Of a stretch of 64,000 nt of DNA, positions 27,065 through 42,739 are shown piece after piece; positions within the stretch are counted from its first letter, which is position 1, and each line of letters begins with the position of its first letter. Location: positions 12,152,001-12,216,000 of the forward strand of contig CM022670.1 of NCBI GenBank assembly GCA_012295275.1. The letters are read 5' to 3'. The notes beneath the pieces are model-generated. The model searched no databases and had not been told where the DNA came from. It saw only the letters and a list, made by a program, of their open reading frames with translations. Source of the DNA: Chrysomallon squamiferum. Taxonomy: Eukaryota; Animalia; Mollusca. Both the position numbers and the translations under genes were made by a program.

Positions 27065-29096
27065 TATTGGAATAAATACAAAGAGAGGTTACACTGAGAA
27101 AGAATAAGATAGACAGAAACAAACACAATAATCGGGAAAAAGAAAAAGACAGATTCAGATTTTACACACAAACACACACACACACACACAAACAGGCGCG
27201 CGCTCACACACTCACAAACACATATACATACAAATACCCAGAAACACTCACCTAACTCAACAGAAAAATAATAAATAAAATAAAATGTACAGATAAACCA
27301 ACAACTGAACGACGACAATTACAGTGAGAATAATTAAATCCCAAACCATCAGAAACAAGACAAAACGAAACCAGCAAAACCAACACACAGTAACAGGAAA
27401 AACAATGACTAAAAGTTAATAATTAAATATTAAAAAAGTAAAACCAGTACTGAAATAAAGGCAGTCGTATGTACACCACTATCAATGGGAACGTACAAAT
27501 AAAGCAACCCCTCTCAAATAGTTAACAAACAGTTAATAGTTTGCAACGTCATTTTGTAAATTCAAATTTGCAGACGACCCTCGGTGTTAAACTGGTGTTT
27601 TTTTTTTCCACGCAGCTTCAGAAGCTGTATGCTAATGTATACGTTGATTCAGTAGACATCGATAAACTAACGAATTTTCTCTCGTCTCTGGAGTGAAATT
27701 AACAGTACGGTATCACTGGTTTTGACACGTTTTCTCAAAACTAATTAGACAGTAACTGGAAGTTAATCGACGTAAATTTTACAAAATACCAGTCAGTCCG
27801 TGTTGGCGAACATAAAGACAATATTTCATACGCTGCAGTTCGAAGTTACCATTAAAATTATCTTTCTGCTTGATTTGTACAAACATAAGTATATTTAAGT
27901 TACTTAGCGTGAGTATATTTTATCTCGGGAATTAATACATATGTGGATGTTAGTGTGCGTGGTTGAGTATTTTAGCCTTTTAACCTGGAAGATAAATATT
28001 CCCATTTGATATAATTTCACGATAACCATTGTAACTTGTTTGAAACCTTGCATGTATCGAGAACATCTGAATAGACTAAAATATCAGCAATCTACGAAAT
28101 GACTTCGCTAAACAACAGAGAAAATGGCGGCACTTATGTGTAATCAATCACAGCTTTATTAATTTATTGTTAGCAAAGGTTGGTCAATACAATTAAATAA
28201 ACATAAAATGATAAAATATTTTGGATCCATTTGTTCGTATACATCGAATACATATGTTAATAACTAACTGAACTAATACTCAAACAGTTTAAATATAGGT
28301 GCTCTGGTCATTCGTTATTATGTTTAGTCCCCCCCCTCAGTTACATCCATTTCAAAAGACAGTAGAATTATAATGCAAGTAGAATTATAACTATTTGCAT
28401 GAATCAGTGGAAGAAATATACAATTAATTTGAAAATATTTATTTTTAATAAATGATTTATAATTGAAAAAGGAACTAGGATATTCAATAACGTTATATTT
28501 GATAAAGAAAGATACGCGAATGATTAAACTAGTCATGAAGAACTGATATTTCTTTCGAAACAGTGTTGATATTTTAATGATTTTTTTAAAAATATTGCTT
28601 AGAATTTAAAAAAAAAAAAAAAAATAAAGAAAAAAAAAAAAGAAAAAAAAAAGAAAAGAAAAAAGCTTCAGTTAAACAAATCCTTAATAGTTCAAAAGTA
28701 TGTTAAAATCAAACATAACACAAAATAATCCCTCTTGTCGACAAGAAACGCGATTTACGAAAACATTCGACGAAGAAGTAGTAAACGCCTGCGTTCAAAA
28801 CTCATCTGCGTATTGATTCAGTACCACTGAACGCTGTCTTTAAATCGGGAAACGCTGCCCGCCAAACACATTCGTGACAACTGAGCAAACGTCAAACGAA
28901 AGTGACAGGAATTTCATGTATCACTTGCTGACAATTAATTCCAAAGGTGAAGGTCAGTAGTTAATGACAAACCACGTGTATTCCAAGTTGGCGTCAGTGG
29001 ACCGATGGCTCTGCATGGTGGTGACTATGTTGAGTTTGGATGTGGAAAATGTCCGTGTTGTTTTCTGAGTACTCCGCTAGTATCGGCACCGCTACA

Positions 29097-30350
29097 ATGG
29101 ATTTTGTTGTTCGCTGGATACTTCTCTCTTTGATGTTTCTTTTGCCGAAAGTCGTGACTTTTACTGGGTTTATTCCCATCGGTAAGTTTCCCAGTTTTGA
29201 TTTTGTTTTAATATTTCCAGTGAAGATTGCAATGTACGAAGCTCTTTTGTTAGTTTAGGATATTTGGGTTTTCAAGATATTTCGTTATTGTTATTATTAT
29301 AATCTATGTGTTTGAATTATATTATTATTATTATTATTATTTTTTTTTTTCGGTTTTCGTTATTACATTGCAGTCAGTATAAATATATGCCAGAAAGTGA
29401 ACCATTCCAGCTAGAAACATTATAACGTTAACTTGCATTGTCTGAAATCTGTAGACTTAACACAAGGTGCAGAAACGATCAGCAGTGAACACAGGAAATT
29501 ATGTATAAATGATCAAATTATTTATTTGTTTATTTATTTATTTTTGTAAATAATAAATAACAAAGAAAAAAATTGAAATGGTTCATTTTGAAACACCTTT
29601 CGAAGGAAAATATAACATGTACTTTCATTTCATATTTTTGATCACGCAACACGCTCTAAAACACAAAGACTCATAATCACAGTCAAACACACGAACTCAT
29701 ATTCTTATAATATTAACATACAGACGTAAAGAGCAAACTAGCTAACATATAAACAGTATACACAGATATATCGAAGACTGCCACACAAATTGAAGCGTTA
29801 TAGTGGCAACTCAGTTTAAAAACATTACGGAAGGCCTGCCACCCAAGTTAAAAACACTTACACGAGGAGTTTTACAAATATATATATATATTTAATACTT
29901 TAAAAAATACTTCTCAATACACTGCCGTCAAAATATATCATTCTGAAAAAAAAAAAACCTTTACTCTTACAACGCGACTATAACGGAACCTTAAATGTAA
30001 GCATTATATCTTTAATAACTGCCTGATTTCTTTGCTTGTGATCGAGGTTTCCTGTTAGCGAAATTTACTGTCTAACATTTTATTTTCACTGGCGGCATTA
30101 GCGCAGTATTTTATGGCCGTGCTGATGTTTTCGGCCGAGGACGACGCCTCGTAACTTTAAAAAGATGTGCAACACGACGGCTCTCTATGCATATTCATGC
30201 GCGCTGAACAATTCTGGCGATTTCTCTTTAGTTAATTGATATTGCCAATAAATCCCGCTGGGTGGCGTTCGCTGCACAAAATGTCGTAAGATGTAAGGCC
30301 GATAACGTGGATGTTAAGAAACGAGTTCAAGTTCGTTATTCGCCTTAAGT

Positions 30351-30383
<33 letters not shown>

Positions 30384-30573
30384 TTGTATCAGCATGAATA
30401 GATACGTATATAATCACAAGAGATATATAAATATACAAACACAGGTGGTAAAAGGAACTCAGGTACTCTGTATGTGTATTTAAATTGAAGTGTCTTGACA
30501 TGAAATGTTTTGACTTTATTTTTCAGTCAAATATATCTTAATTGTCATAAGGAAACACACACACACACACACA

Positions 30574-30667
<94 letters not shown>

Positions 30668-33600
30668 GTACATACAGATAGTTGTTTTAGTAGCAGCAAC
30701 TATCCTGGTAGCATCAGTGGTAGGAATATGGTATTGATAGTTGTAGTAGCCAAAGCAGCTGGAAAGAAGAAGATGTAGTAGCAGTTGTTTTCGTTGATGT
30801 TCGAAAACATTTACATATATATATATATATACTACCAGAATACAACTATTGCTACTACTATTTCTACATCTACTACTGTTAGTATTCACGCTAGAAATAT
30901 AAAACAATTACTTCTACTACAACTAGTTATTAAAACGCAACAACTTCTTACCGCTAATATAATAAACATTATATTACGATAACTACGACAACTACTGATA
31001 CTTCCACTATTAACATTACCATTACAACAGATACGTAACAACAATAAGTACGGTTACAATTGCTATAGCAACCGGTACATCGTAAACCAACAAAAGGACA
31101 CTACTGCAGCTTCTGGTTACAGATTGGCTGAATGATTTAAATAGATGTTATAATTATAGACGTTTGATATTAATGCTTTATTTAAACTGGCGCAAAACTA
31201 TCAATCATCCTGGATGTTGCTTGACATATAGATCATGAAAAGTAATTTGGAGAAGATTTTTCATTTTCGTTTTATTTCTGTAAGCGAAGTAGAGGAGATA
31301 AATATATATATATATCTATGTAGATCTATATAATTTTATGTTTGGACAATCGTGAATTTATGTCTGAATTCTTATTCGTGTCTCTGTATGTATCTATATC
31401 TATATGGATGTGTATATGTGTGCATATCTATTTAATATGTGCGTGTGTGTTTGTGTGTGTGTGTGTGTGTTTAAAAGAGAACAAATTGTAATTTGTGGAT
31501 AATGTTTCAATATTCACCATCAAACAGAACATTTGTAAGTCATTTCTGTATTTACTGGTATTTAAATATACAGGACGATGCTAATAAGACTGAAATGGAT
31601 GGATACTGATTCATCTGTAGACTGAACGTAAACAGATATCTTAAGCTGCTCTGTGTTTACAGATCCGTCTGCATTGTCGACATTAATCTACATATATAAT
31701 TATACAAATATTTATATAATTATATACTGTAGATTAATGTCGACAATACTGACGTTAGAGATAGAGCAAATTAACATTTAATAGACGGGTATAAAATACT
31801 GACGTGTTTGCTGACCTATGTAGAAAATGTTGACATAAGTAGATTCTTGTAGGTAACACTTATTTATATTTGGATATTGATGTAGAATATGCTGACACGT
31901 AGACTGATGTACAAATTGTTGACACAGATAGATTGATGTACATATTTATATTTGTAACTGTTGAAGAAAGTATTTTACATATTTTTAGACTAAGGTAGAA
32001 AAGATAATTTATATCATGTGAAATGATTTCATAATGATAACAAACTTTGTTTTTTTGTACAGATGTAAAAAATACTTTACATATTTACAGAGCAGAAAAT
32101 ATAAAATGGTATTGAAATATATTTGTCTATTGATGCAGAAAATACTAATTTATATTTGAAGACTATTACAGACAATACTGACATATATTTCTATACTTAT
32201 ACCAAAAATACTGACATATATCTGTATACTTGTGCAGACAATACTGACGTATTTGCAGACTGATATAGAAAACAAAGACTTTTTTTTGACCGATTCAGAA
32301 AATACTGACACATATTTATAGATTGATACAGAAAACAGAATTTATTTTTTGAAATTGCTGAAATGTTATATTTGTTTTTATGATTTATGTCAGTCAAAAG
32401 AAAACTTGGAGAACATTTTTTTTTTTTTTTTGATTTATTTATTTTCCTTCTAATTATTTATGACGATTCTACAGGAGCCATATTCGACGGCGAAGCAGAC
32501 GTCCTCGCTAAAACTGGATACCAGTACGCCATCTCGAAATACTCGGAAAAAATTACCCAGCGGCTCAGGCTAACAACAGTTTACGACGAAGTCGACATCA
32601 ACGACAACTTCATGGTTGCGTCGAAAAGTGAGTATATGGGAAAATAAATAAGTTGACGTCTTTTTTGTGTGGCTGGGGGGGTTGCAGACTAAATTAATGG
32701 CTTGTTTTATATAAAACTAGAAAGCTCAAAAGATCAATTGAAAAGGAGGAATTAAATCAGACATAAACCGTTCTTATTTATTTGAATCGATACATTTATT
32801 TCTTGCTTTAATTTGTTTTATTAATGTGGAGTAACATAAAATTTGCTTCGGAATTTGTTAAATTAATTACCTTATATATTATTTTGCGCAAACTTTGCGT
32901 AATTTACTAGCATAATCGGTCAAAGACTAATACTTCGCGTTGAGCTTAATTTGATTACTATAATAATTATGTGTGTTTTTGTGTGTGTGTGTGTTTGTGT
33001 GTGTGTTTGTGTTTGTTTGTGAGTTTGTGTTTTGACACGTAGATTACACACACACAGCCATCTTTTGAATAAAAGATGTCTTCGACATTTTTATGTTTGG
33101 AAATATATTTTAACTACTCTGTGTATAGGTATTTCATTTCCTCTTTAGTTAAATAAATCTTTGTTTGTATGCGATTGTTTCAAATACAACTATTTTTTTT
33201 TACCATATCTAAACTTTGCTAAGGAATGGAATAATATTTTAAGCATCTTAAGATGATAGTTTCAATTTAAAAAGTTACTAGATGTCAAATTTAAATTTCG
33301 ATTTTTAATGATCAGATGAAAAAGATTTCTGTTGTCAAATTTAGAAGAATTTTTACAGTTCTATAGTCAGTATAATGTTTATTATCATGGCATGAAAACA
33401 GCACAGTTGTGGGAAGTTGGCTGGAAAAGAAAATGGACTATCGGGGTTTGATTTTTGTGACACGCCAAGCGTCATGTGGACGCTCAAACCACAGAGCTGC
33501 AGTCTGCTCGGTGTAAACAGAGGTCTGGTCTGATGGAAAATATATTTGTTTTCATTTAGCAAATGACCAGTCACAGGAGACATTTATGATTCACGCCTGC

Positions 33601-33803
33601 GTAGACAAATGAACGTAAATGACGGGAGAGTGGTTGCGGGAACCCGGGAATGTAAGTGTCCCTGGTGGCTCACGCGGCTCTGACAAATCTAGACAAAACG
33701 ACAGCTAGATATAAAGTAGATACAGTAATTAAAAAGATACAATATTAAGCACACAAATTCTCAAACGTAGTAGACACTCGTATATTTATATACAATACCC
33801 GCA

Positions 33804-33868
<65 letters not shown>

Positions 33869-34371
33869 AACAACCCACACACACACACACAAAGCACACG
33901 CAAATTTTTATATAGATAGATTTGTCGGAGACAATGAATAAACTGGTCCCTGGCGGTTTCCACTTTCTTTAGTAACCAAGCAAGACACTAAAAAACTAGC
34001 CAGCTGTGAAACTGGAAATCTGATAACAAATATTGTACGTGACACTGGGAATTCACCCTTGAGAAGCTATTTCAAAAACTGGAATTTGCGACAGATCAGT
34101 TTTATATAGGGCTAATGTTTTTCTAATGAACGTAAGAAGAATGAAATTATGATAGTTTTAATATGTTTTCATTGGGGTTCATATTTTATTTGTTTATAAT
34201 AATTGAAATGCTTTTGAATTTGTGCAGAAATATTTGGAACATGTTTAAAATATTAACGAATGGATTTTGTTGCTTAAAAAATTCAGTTTTAAACAGCAGC
34301 GATTCATACAAAGAAGTTTATATATTTTATTTTGTTTTATTTGTTGCAGAAAACCAGTTTCTGACTTAGTA

Positions 34372-34419
<48 letters not shown>

Positions 34420-36159
34420 GTAGTAGTAGTAGTAGTAGTACTACTATTACTACTACTGCTGATAATAAATTAACTAGTTCGTGTAGCGTGACGTCGTTAA
34501 GTAAATATAAATATGAATAATCCCTGAAAAAATTCCATAAATTCCTCACTGTACATGATATAATACGTAATGGAGAATGTCATCTCAATGATTCTACACC
34601 AAATATTATTTTTATGACTATTTTTTTACTGGAATCTAGTAACAAATTCAGCAATCACTGAGAGGGAGACAATTTTATTTGAGCCATTAAGAAGTTTGTG
34701 TGAACCACCATAGAAACATTTTAAAAGTGAAAAATTTCAAATCTCATTTTGAATAGATTAATCTCGAAGGAAAAACAAATAAAAAAAATGAAAGAAAAAA
34801 GAAACAAACACCCAGAGAAACACATACAATAATTTAATATTTCAAAATTAGGTGATGTTTTGTAAAGAAGTTTATTTAATTCTTGCGATTAATAGTTATT
34901 TTATTGTAAATCACATTTCTTTGAAGTATGATCATAATAGCATAAAAATGCATCAACTTCCATTTACAAATGAAATTGGTAATCTATGTTTTCGAATAAT
35001 GAGAATAAAATCATATAATCTGAAAGTTTAAACTATTTTCAACGAAACTGGAAATGGAGAACAGATTTCAAAACGGACCTGTATGTAAAATATTCTTGCA
35101 TATAATGAAATCTTTGATTGTAGCAATTTCATATACTATCAAATAAAACAACAGAATCGTTCTGTTTCATCTAATACAGTTTAAAGCAGATTTAATAAAA
35201 ATATATTCAAATCGATAGAAACCATATATAAACTTTCTATGATTATAGATTTTAATTATTAATGAATGATTTAAAACAGTAATATAATAATAATAATAAT
35301 AATAAAAATAATGATGATGATGATGATGATGATGATGACAATAATAATAGTTATTATTATTATTATTATTATTAAAGCAGTATAACAAGAGCTTTAGAAA
35401 CAGCGAAAGGACAAACGTTAAGGGAAATTCTTGAGAGTTAGAGAGGTTCACTGTGAGAGAATGAGTAAGTAATATAAAACAGAACAGGAATGTTCCTTAA
35501 CCGACGCTCTATTTAGACGTGATGTCTTGAGGACTGGTTTTAAAGACTAACATCAGTCTGATAGCTTAAGGATAAAAATCACTCCTAGGGGAGACAATTC
35601 AGATAATGAGGCAGCTAGGTAGGTCACGCCATCTGGGATTCAAACTTTCTAATCTGCACAGAAATGTTCCGGTAGATTCCGGACAAAAAAAAAAAAAAAA
35701 AAAAAAAAATCTTTGGATGGAGTCCAGAGAATAGTTTCTGAATAGTCCCGAACAATTTTTTTTTTTTAGGAAAAGTTTTGAGAGGTATTTCTGTTGAAAG
35801 ATCCAAGTAAATTCCTGAAATTTACCTGTTAGTGGCCGTAATATTTAAATGATGACTTCAATTCTAGAACTGGTTTTACTGTGAAAGTTTTAACATTTAA
35901 TATAACATGTTTCAGCAACAACATATCCCGAGCGTGGTAAATATTTGAGATTTGTTGATAACACATAAAAGATGAAATTACCAAATAAATTATAAAAAGA
36001 GTGAAATAAATTTTAAAAAAAACTAGCAAGTAAATAAATATTAATAAAAAAAAAAAAAAAAAAAAAAAAAATAATTAAAATAAAAAAAATAAAATAAAAT
36101 AAAATAAAATAGAATAGAATAGAATAGAATAGAATAGAATAGAATAGAATAGAATAGAA

Positions 36160-36194
<35 letters not shown>

Positions 36195-39100
36195 AAACGA
36201 ATATGAATAAATTAGAAGAAGAAGAAGAACAAGAAGAAGATATAAAAAAAGGAATATTGCATTGTTTCGGAAAACTATCGGTTCTCGGACTACAGCTCAT
36301 TAGAACGGGATGAATAGAACTTCACCTTTGGTCATGCGAGTGGCAAACGGTTCTGAAAATTTATCGCGTTTCTTGGCGATACTCTACATCGTGTGATGAG
36401 ATTTGACAGAGAAACGAGTAGGCACGACTCAGATTTCAGCCGAAACACATTACCGGAAATGAATATCTTTGGCGCAAAATCTTCCAAGCAGTCATTTCCG
36501 ATTCCAGCCGTTGGCTAATTCTTTAATTTCGTTATCGGAGATCATCACCTATGGACGGACATGTAGACAATTGGAGTCAATATGTTAACAGTCTGGTCAC
36601 TCGGCGCTAACAGGTTCCTTTTGTAAGACAATATAGGATATTCAAGTACTCAAATGGCAATGTGTCCAATAGCTTTAAGATCGTCAGTGAATAGAGATGA
36701 TTTCCTTTCTAAACACATCAATAAGTAACTAAAAGATCAAAGGTTATTGCAGAATCTGAAGAAACTGATATGAATAAATACATTTATACTTAAGTGATTT
36801 AGACCGAACAGTTTACTGCACAAATTAATTTTATTGTTAATGGTAAATTGACAAGTTTTATGTAGCTTAATGTTAACTGCGGGTATCAGGATCAATCCTC
36901 TCTGCCGAACATACGTATCACACTGTCTTTTATACACCGAATTCTGTTACACCTAGGAGTGTCCACTCATTCTAACCGTAATGACTCAGACAAATATTCT
37001 GAACTACAGTTGGTCAGCATTCTAATGAAAACATACCTGAAGGATAATTTGTTTAGATATTTAATAATGCTTTTGATTTTAACTTTGTTTCAACTATTCG
37101 CCTTCTTATTTTTTTTTCTTTGGATAAGGGTCTGCTTCACACAAACAGATCGTTGTAATGAATCCTGCTTGTATTTTTAAACATTAAACATGGAATTTTT
37201 TGTTTTTGTTTGGTCTTACATGGTTTTTCTTTTTCCTCATCCTAAGTGACTATCTAATATCACTTTACGTTGCATACTGTCGTGATTCGCAACAACACCG
37301 CATTCGAACGCATTGCTCTGGTACGTCATCGCAGTGCTGTCTCTTTCTTCACTCTCATTCTGTGCATATCTAACACTGCTCTGCACTGCACAACCTTCTA
37401 ATTCTCAGCACTAAACTCGGACCCATTACTCTGCATAATCCACGGCTCCTGTCACCAAACGACTGTTGTTACCAACGTAATCGTATCAGCTGCAGCGCCG
37501 ATCGCTTTCACTGACGGCAGCGACATCTGTTCACACAAAGATAATCGTAGGTAATGCTCTCAGATTTGATTTGTCTTATTGCGTTACAATGGACGAAGAT
37601 TCCAAATCGTATCAAAGTCCTCCTTAGACGAAATCAAATAAAGGAAGTCCCGAGCAACAAGCGTATCTGTAACTTACCCTTGCATCTTGCGTCAACTTGA
37701 GATGAAACGAAAGAAATTGTTTTCCATTTCCGTAAGCACTCGAGAACGGCTTGTGAAAACTAAGACGATAGTTTAGCCATCTTGCTTGATGAGGTATAAG
37801 AAATGTGGTTATGGGGTTTCAAAGACTATCTCGGTTGATGAGCAATGGTAAAATTCAGTTATCTATATCAAAAGAGATGACTGAAGATGAATAATGTTAA
37901 AATGGTGCCAAATAAATATATATGAATTAACGTGTATACGTTATGAAAAATTATATGTTTGATGAATATTATAAGGATGTTGTTTAAAGGATAGTATTTA
38001 ATTTTTTTTTTCTTCAGTATAATATTATTAAAATATACCACTTTAAAAGAAAACATAACGACGAAGTCAGTTTTCCAGTAGTTTGGGGTTTTGGTAACAG
38101 GGTTGTAACGTTTGCTAATAATAAAGTTATAACAATTGAATTACCGTTTTTCCTTTCTTGTTTACGCATAGAAAAACGATAAACTGATAGACATTCCAAC
38201 TGTTCCATTGAAACATGCTAATAATCAAAATTTTAAAAACACATAATATAAATGAGATTTACTTTCAAACAAACTTGTATGTACGTAATCATGCATGGTT
38301 ACAGCCCATGCCTTGCTAGTTATGTATAACACTATTAAATGAAAAATATTACACGCCTATAATATTCCAAGTAGAGATAAAAGACACATTTTATCTAATT
38401 TTTAATGTTCATTATCCGTGTGGTTGACCCCAGTTTGATTCAGAGGAATTTAATACGTTCAGATTAGCTATTATAGTAAGGCTGTTTTATTTAAATCATT
38501 AAACACTCATAAACTTTATAAAGATCGTTGATATATGTTTTAAATATTCTGTTATGAGTTCATTACTTTATTAAAACATCCTTGACGTGGAATAGAGTAA
38601 ATTTTTCAGCTAAAATGAATATTTTTAGAGATGTCGATTTCTACTGGATGTAAAAAAAAATAATAATAAAAAATTACTGTCCTTTAACTCTTTCTTTATT
38701 AAATAAAAATAATGTATTGATGCTGCAAACATTCATGATAGTGTCTGGGTTCTGTCCCATAACTTGATTGATGGAGAAGCGTGCAACAGGACCACAAACT
38801 GTAAATAAAATATATCAGTTGAATAAAACATGTAAAATAAAACACACAATTTGTACCTGGGTATTGGTGAAAATTGCCCACACATTCAGGTATTAGGAGG
38901 AAGTCGTGCATACATTTTCGGATTGACCAATTTCTTAATTTTAGGCAAATGCTCATTTCCAGAGTCCTACTTGATCGAATTTAACATTTAAAATGTTCTC
39001 TTGTAATCCCTTGCAAGTGTTAAATGAACTTTTCCAGTTAACCTCGTAACCCAAATGAACCTAAAACGCAATTTCTGTTTTATCTAATATTTTAATCTCT

Positions 39101-39504
39101 AATGAAATCCTTTAGGTCAAATAGATGTATCCCTCCCTATCCAAAAATCCATAATATTAATGTTTTTATTTATAATCTATGTACTTTAGGATTAGCATTT
39201 GTTAAATAGATCAAGAAATGTAATTCTTAACGAATAGGAATTATTATTATTATTAATATTATTATTATTATTATTATTATTATTGTTGTTGTTGTTACTG
39301 TTATTGTTGTTATAATTATTGTTATTGTTGTTATTATTATTATCATTATTATTATTATTATTATTGTTACTGTTATTGCTATTATTATTGTTATTGTTAT
39401 TACTATTGTTGTTATTATTATTATCATTATTATTATTATTGTTACTGTTATTGCTATTATTATTATTGTTGTTGTTGTTGTTGTTGTTATTGTTATTGTT
39501 GTTG

Positions 39505-39545
<41 letters not shown>

Positions 39546-42500
39546 GTTATTATTATTATTATTGTTATTTTTATTTTCTCGTTGCAGTTTGTTCTCAGAT
39601 GGCGGGCGGAGTTTTGCTTTCTTCGGTTCAACTCGGGCACGTTCGTTCAGCATCGTGCAGTCGTTCAGTCAGACGTTTCAGATGCCCTACATATCGTTCA
39701 GTCTGTCCGGCACCACTGACCACCGCGAAAAGCCGTACATGCTGTTTATGAAGCCCGAGATGACGGACGCTATCGTCGACATGATTAGTGCCTTTGACTG
39801 GAAACACTTGGATTACCTGTACGACTCCGATGATGGTAAGCGCAACGTATTGCTCTTTTTACGCATGCGCTATACTCCCGTTAGTTTTCTTTATAGAAAA
39901 TCTGTTTTTTCTCAATTTTTGGTTTCACCCCAAATTAAAAATCCTTTTTTAAAAAAAGCACTTATAATGTAATGTAATCTAAATGTAATTGACTATTTCT
40001 GTCGTTTATTAATAATCATATAATCACAAATAAACACATGCTTGCCTTCGGATACCTACAGATAGAAAGTACAATCGTATGTACTTATAGAGACATATGC
40101 TTACATACACAGATACACATAAGTACATGCAGCGCTATAATTTTACAGTCATGCCAGTATAAATTCATATATAAACACAAATTCATCCGATACACGTCAG
40201 TGCCATTCTCGAGTTTACAATTCCCAAACCATCAACTATCATTACACACGCACACTTAAACACCCATTGGTTCGTACAGACGTACAGCCAAACACGAACA
40301 AAACAGATAAATACCGCAGAAAAGAAAAGAAAAAGACAAACTGTCTTGGATCACGTTCACGCGTACTGTTCAAACAACTGATAGGCTTTCCTGTTCTAAT
40401 TTCTGCTGATTGATAGATGGCTGTTTGACCGGGCACCGACAGCACTATTCTATTTCTTTATGGGCTGACATTTGCCGGCTTCCGAGATCTACTTATCCTT
40501 TGATTGGCTTACATACTCAATCTACAGCGCACTCGTTAATACTTCAGATGTTCCCTTGGTATTTCTGGAAGGATCAAGTTGTAGAGTTTCAGTATTTAAT
40601 TCCGATTAATTAATTACGCTGATGTGATCAGTTTTGTGTCGGTCTGTCTGTTAAAGTGAGGAGAGTGAGGAAAATACTCAACTTGATTTGCCAGCAGCGC
40701 GATGTTTAAAAAGACACCATTTTTGTCTCATTTTGCTTATCATTGGTAGGTGTGCCCTCATATTAAATCGGCGGGCGCTAGGGCACACAGAATAATGAGA
40801 TTGTACGCACACAATATCTTATGATGCTTGAAGGAAGTCCATAAAAAAGATGCCTTGTTATTCTTTGGAAGGAGAAATGTAGTTAATTTTCTCAGTTGCT
40901 TTAGACAACAATTGCTTAACCTGCAGTAAACAACTGATCGATACAACATTTAAGACCATAAAACAAAATTAAGCATATAAACTAAGATGAGCGTATAAAA
41001 TGCAGTTTAGCATATAAAACAACGGTTACGGACGTAAAACAACGTTATATCTCCCTATAGTTATATCAAATTGTGCATCAAGCTTTACTTCTCTCAGTTT
41101 CTGCGACAAAGTGCTTACATACTGCTTTACAGTATATAAAAAAAAAAAAAAAAAAAAAAATGTTTGTCCAATCCTTTTTGAATCACCTTCTTTTACAAAC
41201 TGTCCTTCTGATACTGTCTTCATTGTTATAAATAATTCATCAACAATTAATTTAGAAAAAAAGAAGAGAACAACATTAGCGCGTTCTTTGAAGCATTTAA
41301 GAATGACTGACTAAAAGAACCTGGTTATAATGTTTTCTTCTTGCGAGTACAGACAACGACAAATTATCAACGTGATAAACCGGCTGATGGCGCGGGGGTC
41401 TACGAATTGCGAAGTCACGCGGTGTGTTATTTGCCGTATTACACTAAGTGGCCGACTAGAACTGTTCGTGACTGATCGGCTACTTTCGGCACATCCCGTT
41501 ATCTTCAAAAGGCGTGTGTTAAAAATCCGGTACAAGAATCTTTCACGTTTTTCTGGTCGCGGATTGTTCTGATTAGTTATCGAATGTTTTCTCTCTTGTT
41601 TAACTAACTGTGCACGGTTAATGTAAATAATCTCGTTCTCTATGGTTTATGTGCGCCGCTTGTCGAAAGGCAATTAATAATATAATACTGCCTATCCTAT
41701 TTTTTAAAATTTAATTTTCCTTTTCCCTTTTGTTGAACTGTTGTTGTTATTATTATTGTTGTTGTTGTCGTTGTCTTCATTATCATTCTCATCATTATTA
41801 TTATTACTGTTTCAGTTTTGAAGAAACATCATTTACATATATGGTGCGAAGCCAATACACATAACAAAAAAACAAAAAAACAACCACTCACACATTCACA
41901 CACACATTACACACACACACATACATACATACATACATACACACACACAAAATACATATATATATATATGTTCCTCTGCATGTATGTACGTATGTATGTA
42001 AGGATACAATTTAAGTTAGATGTATATAAACAAAGACAAGTGTTACTATCTTAGATACTTGGAAGAAAAAAAAAATTAATAATAAAAATAAAATCCAACT
42101 TTGAAATACACAAAATGAATTTAGAACTTTTTTTTCACCACGACCATGTATGCTGTTTTAACGTAATAGAAAACACTAATATATTGATCAACATATTAAA
42201 AAAAAAAATCCTTTCACGAAAATTATGCAAAGATTTAAGGTGTTTTTAAAGACGCGTACAGAATGAAAATAGCCAATATTGGGACGTGTGAAGAATATTG
42301 ATTTTTTGTTATGCGTAGCGTTTTGGGAAATCAGAAAACTTGCAAATGTTTATCATAAATGTTTTATGAGTTTCATTAAGTTCGACTGAGACGATCTGTC
42401 GTCGTAGAAATTATAAGTTACGAGTAAAACAAGAAGAAGAAACTCAAGAAGATTTTATAAGCTATAAAAAAGTATGTAGAAATAAAGTAAAACAAGGTAA

Positions 42501-42690
42501 ATGGGAGAGAAAAAAGAAACGAAAAATTTAACAATTAAGAATAATAAACAAAACGAAGACAATAAACAACAACAGCAATAAAAAAAAAAAAAAAGATAAA
42601 GGAAAGAAAACAAGTAGAGAACATTTTCCAAGAACTTAATTCATTAGAAAATAAATAAACTACTACTACTACCACCACCACCACCACCAT

Positions 42691-42739
<49 letters not shown>

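Noticed and set aside
28817-28840. RE1/NRSE-like half sites (ttcagtacc ... cgctgtct) upstream of the GluR gene
   Set aside because: Orientation and spacing are non-canonical, there are mismatches, and REST is not established in protostomes.
21000-29000. Hidden gene or RNA gene in the DDIAS-GluR intergenic region
   Set aside because: I could not identify any spliceable coding exon, tRNA cloverleaf or recognisable snRNA/rRNA by eye.
39192-39653. Long poly-Asn/Ile/Leu ORFs (also at 700-937, 24217-24458, 34267-34549, 42535-42964, 52561-52841)
   Set aside because: These are translations of trinucleotide microsatellites. Only 39588-39835 is a real exon.
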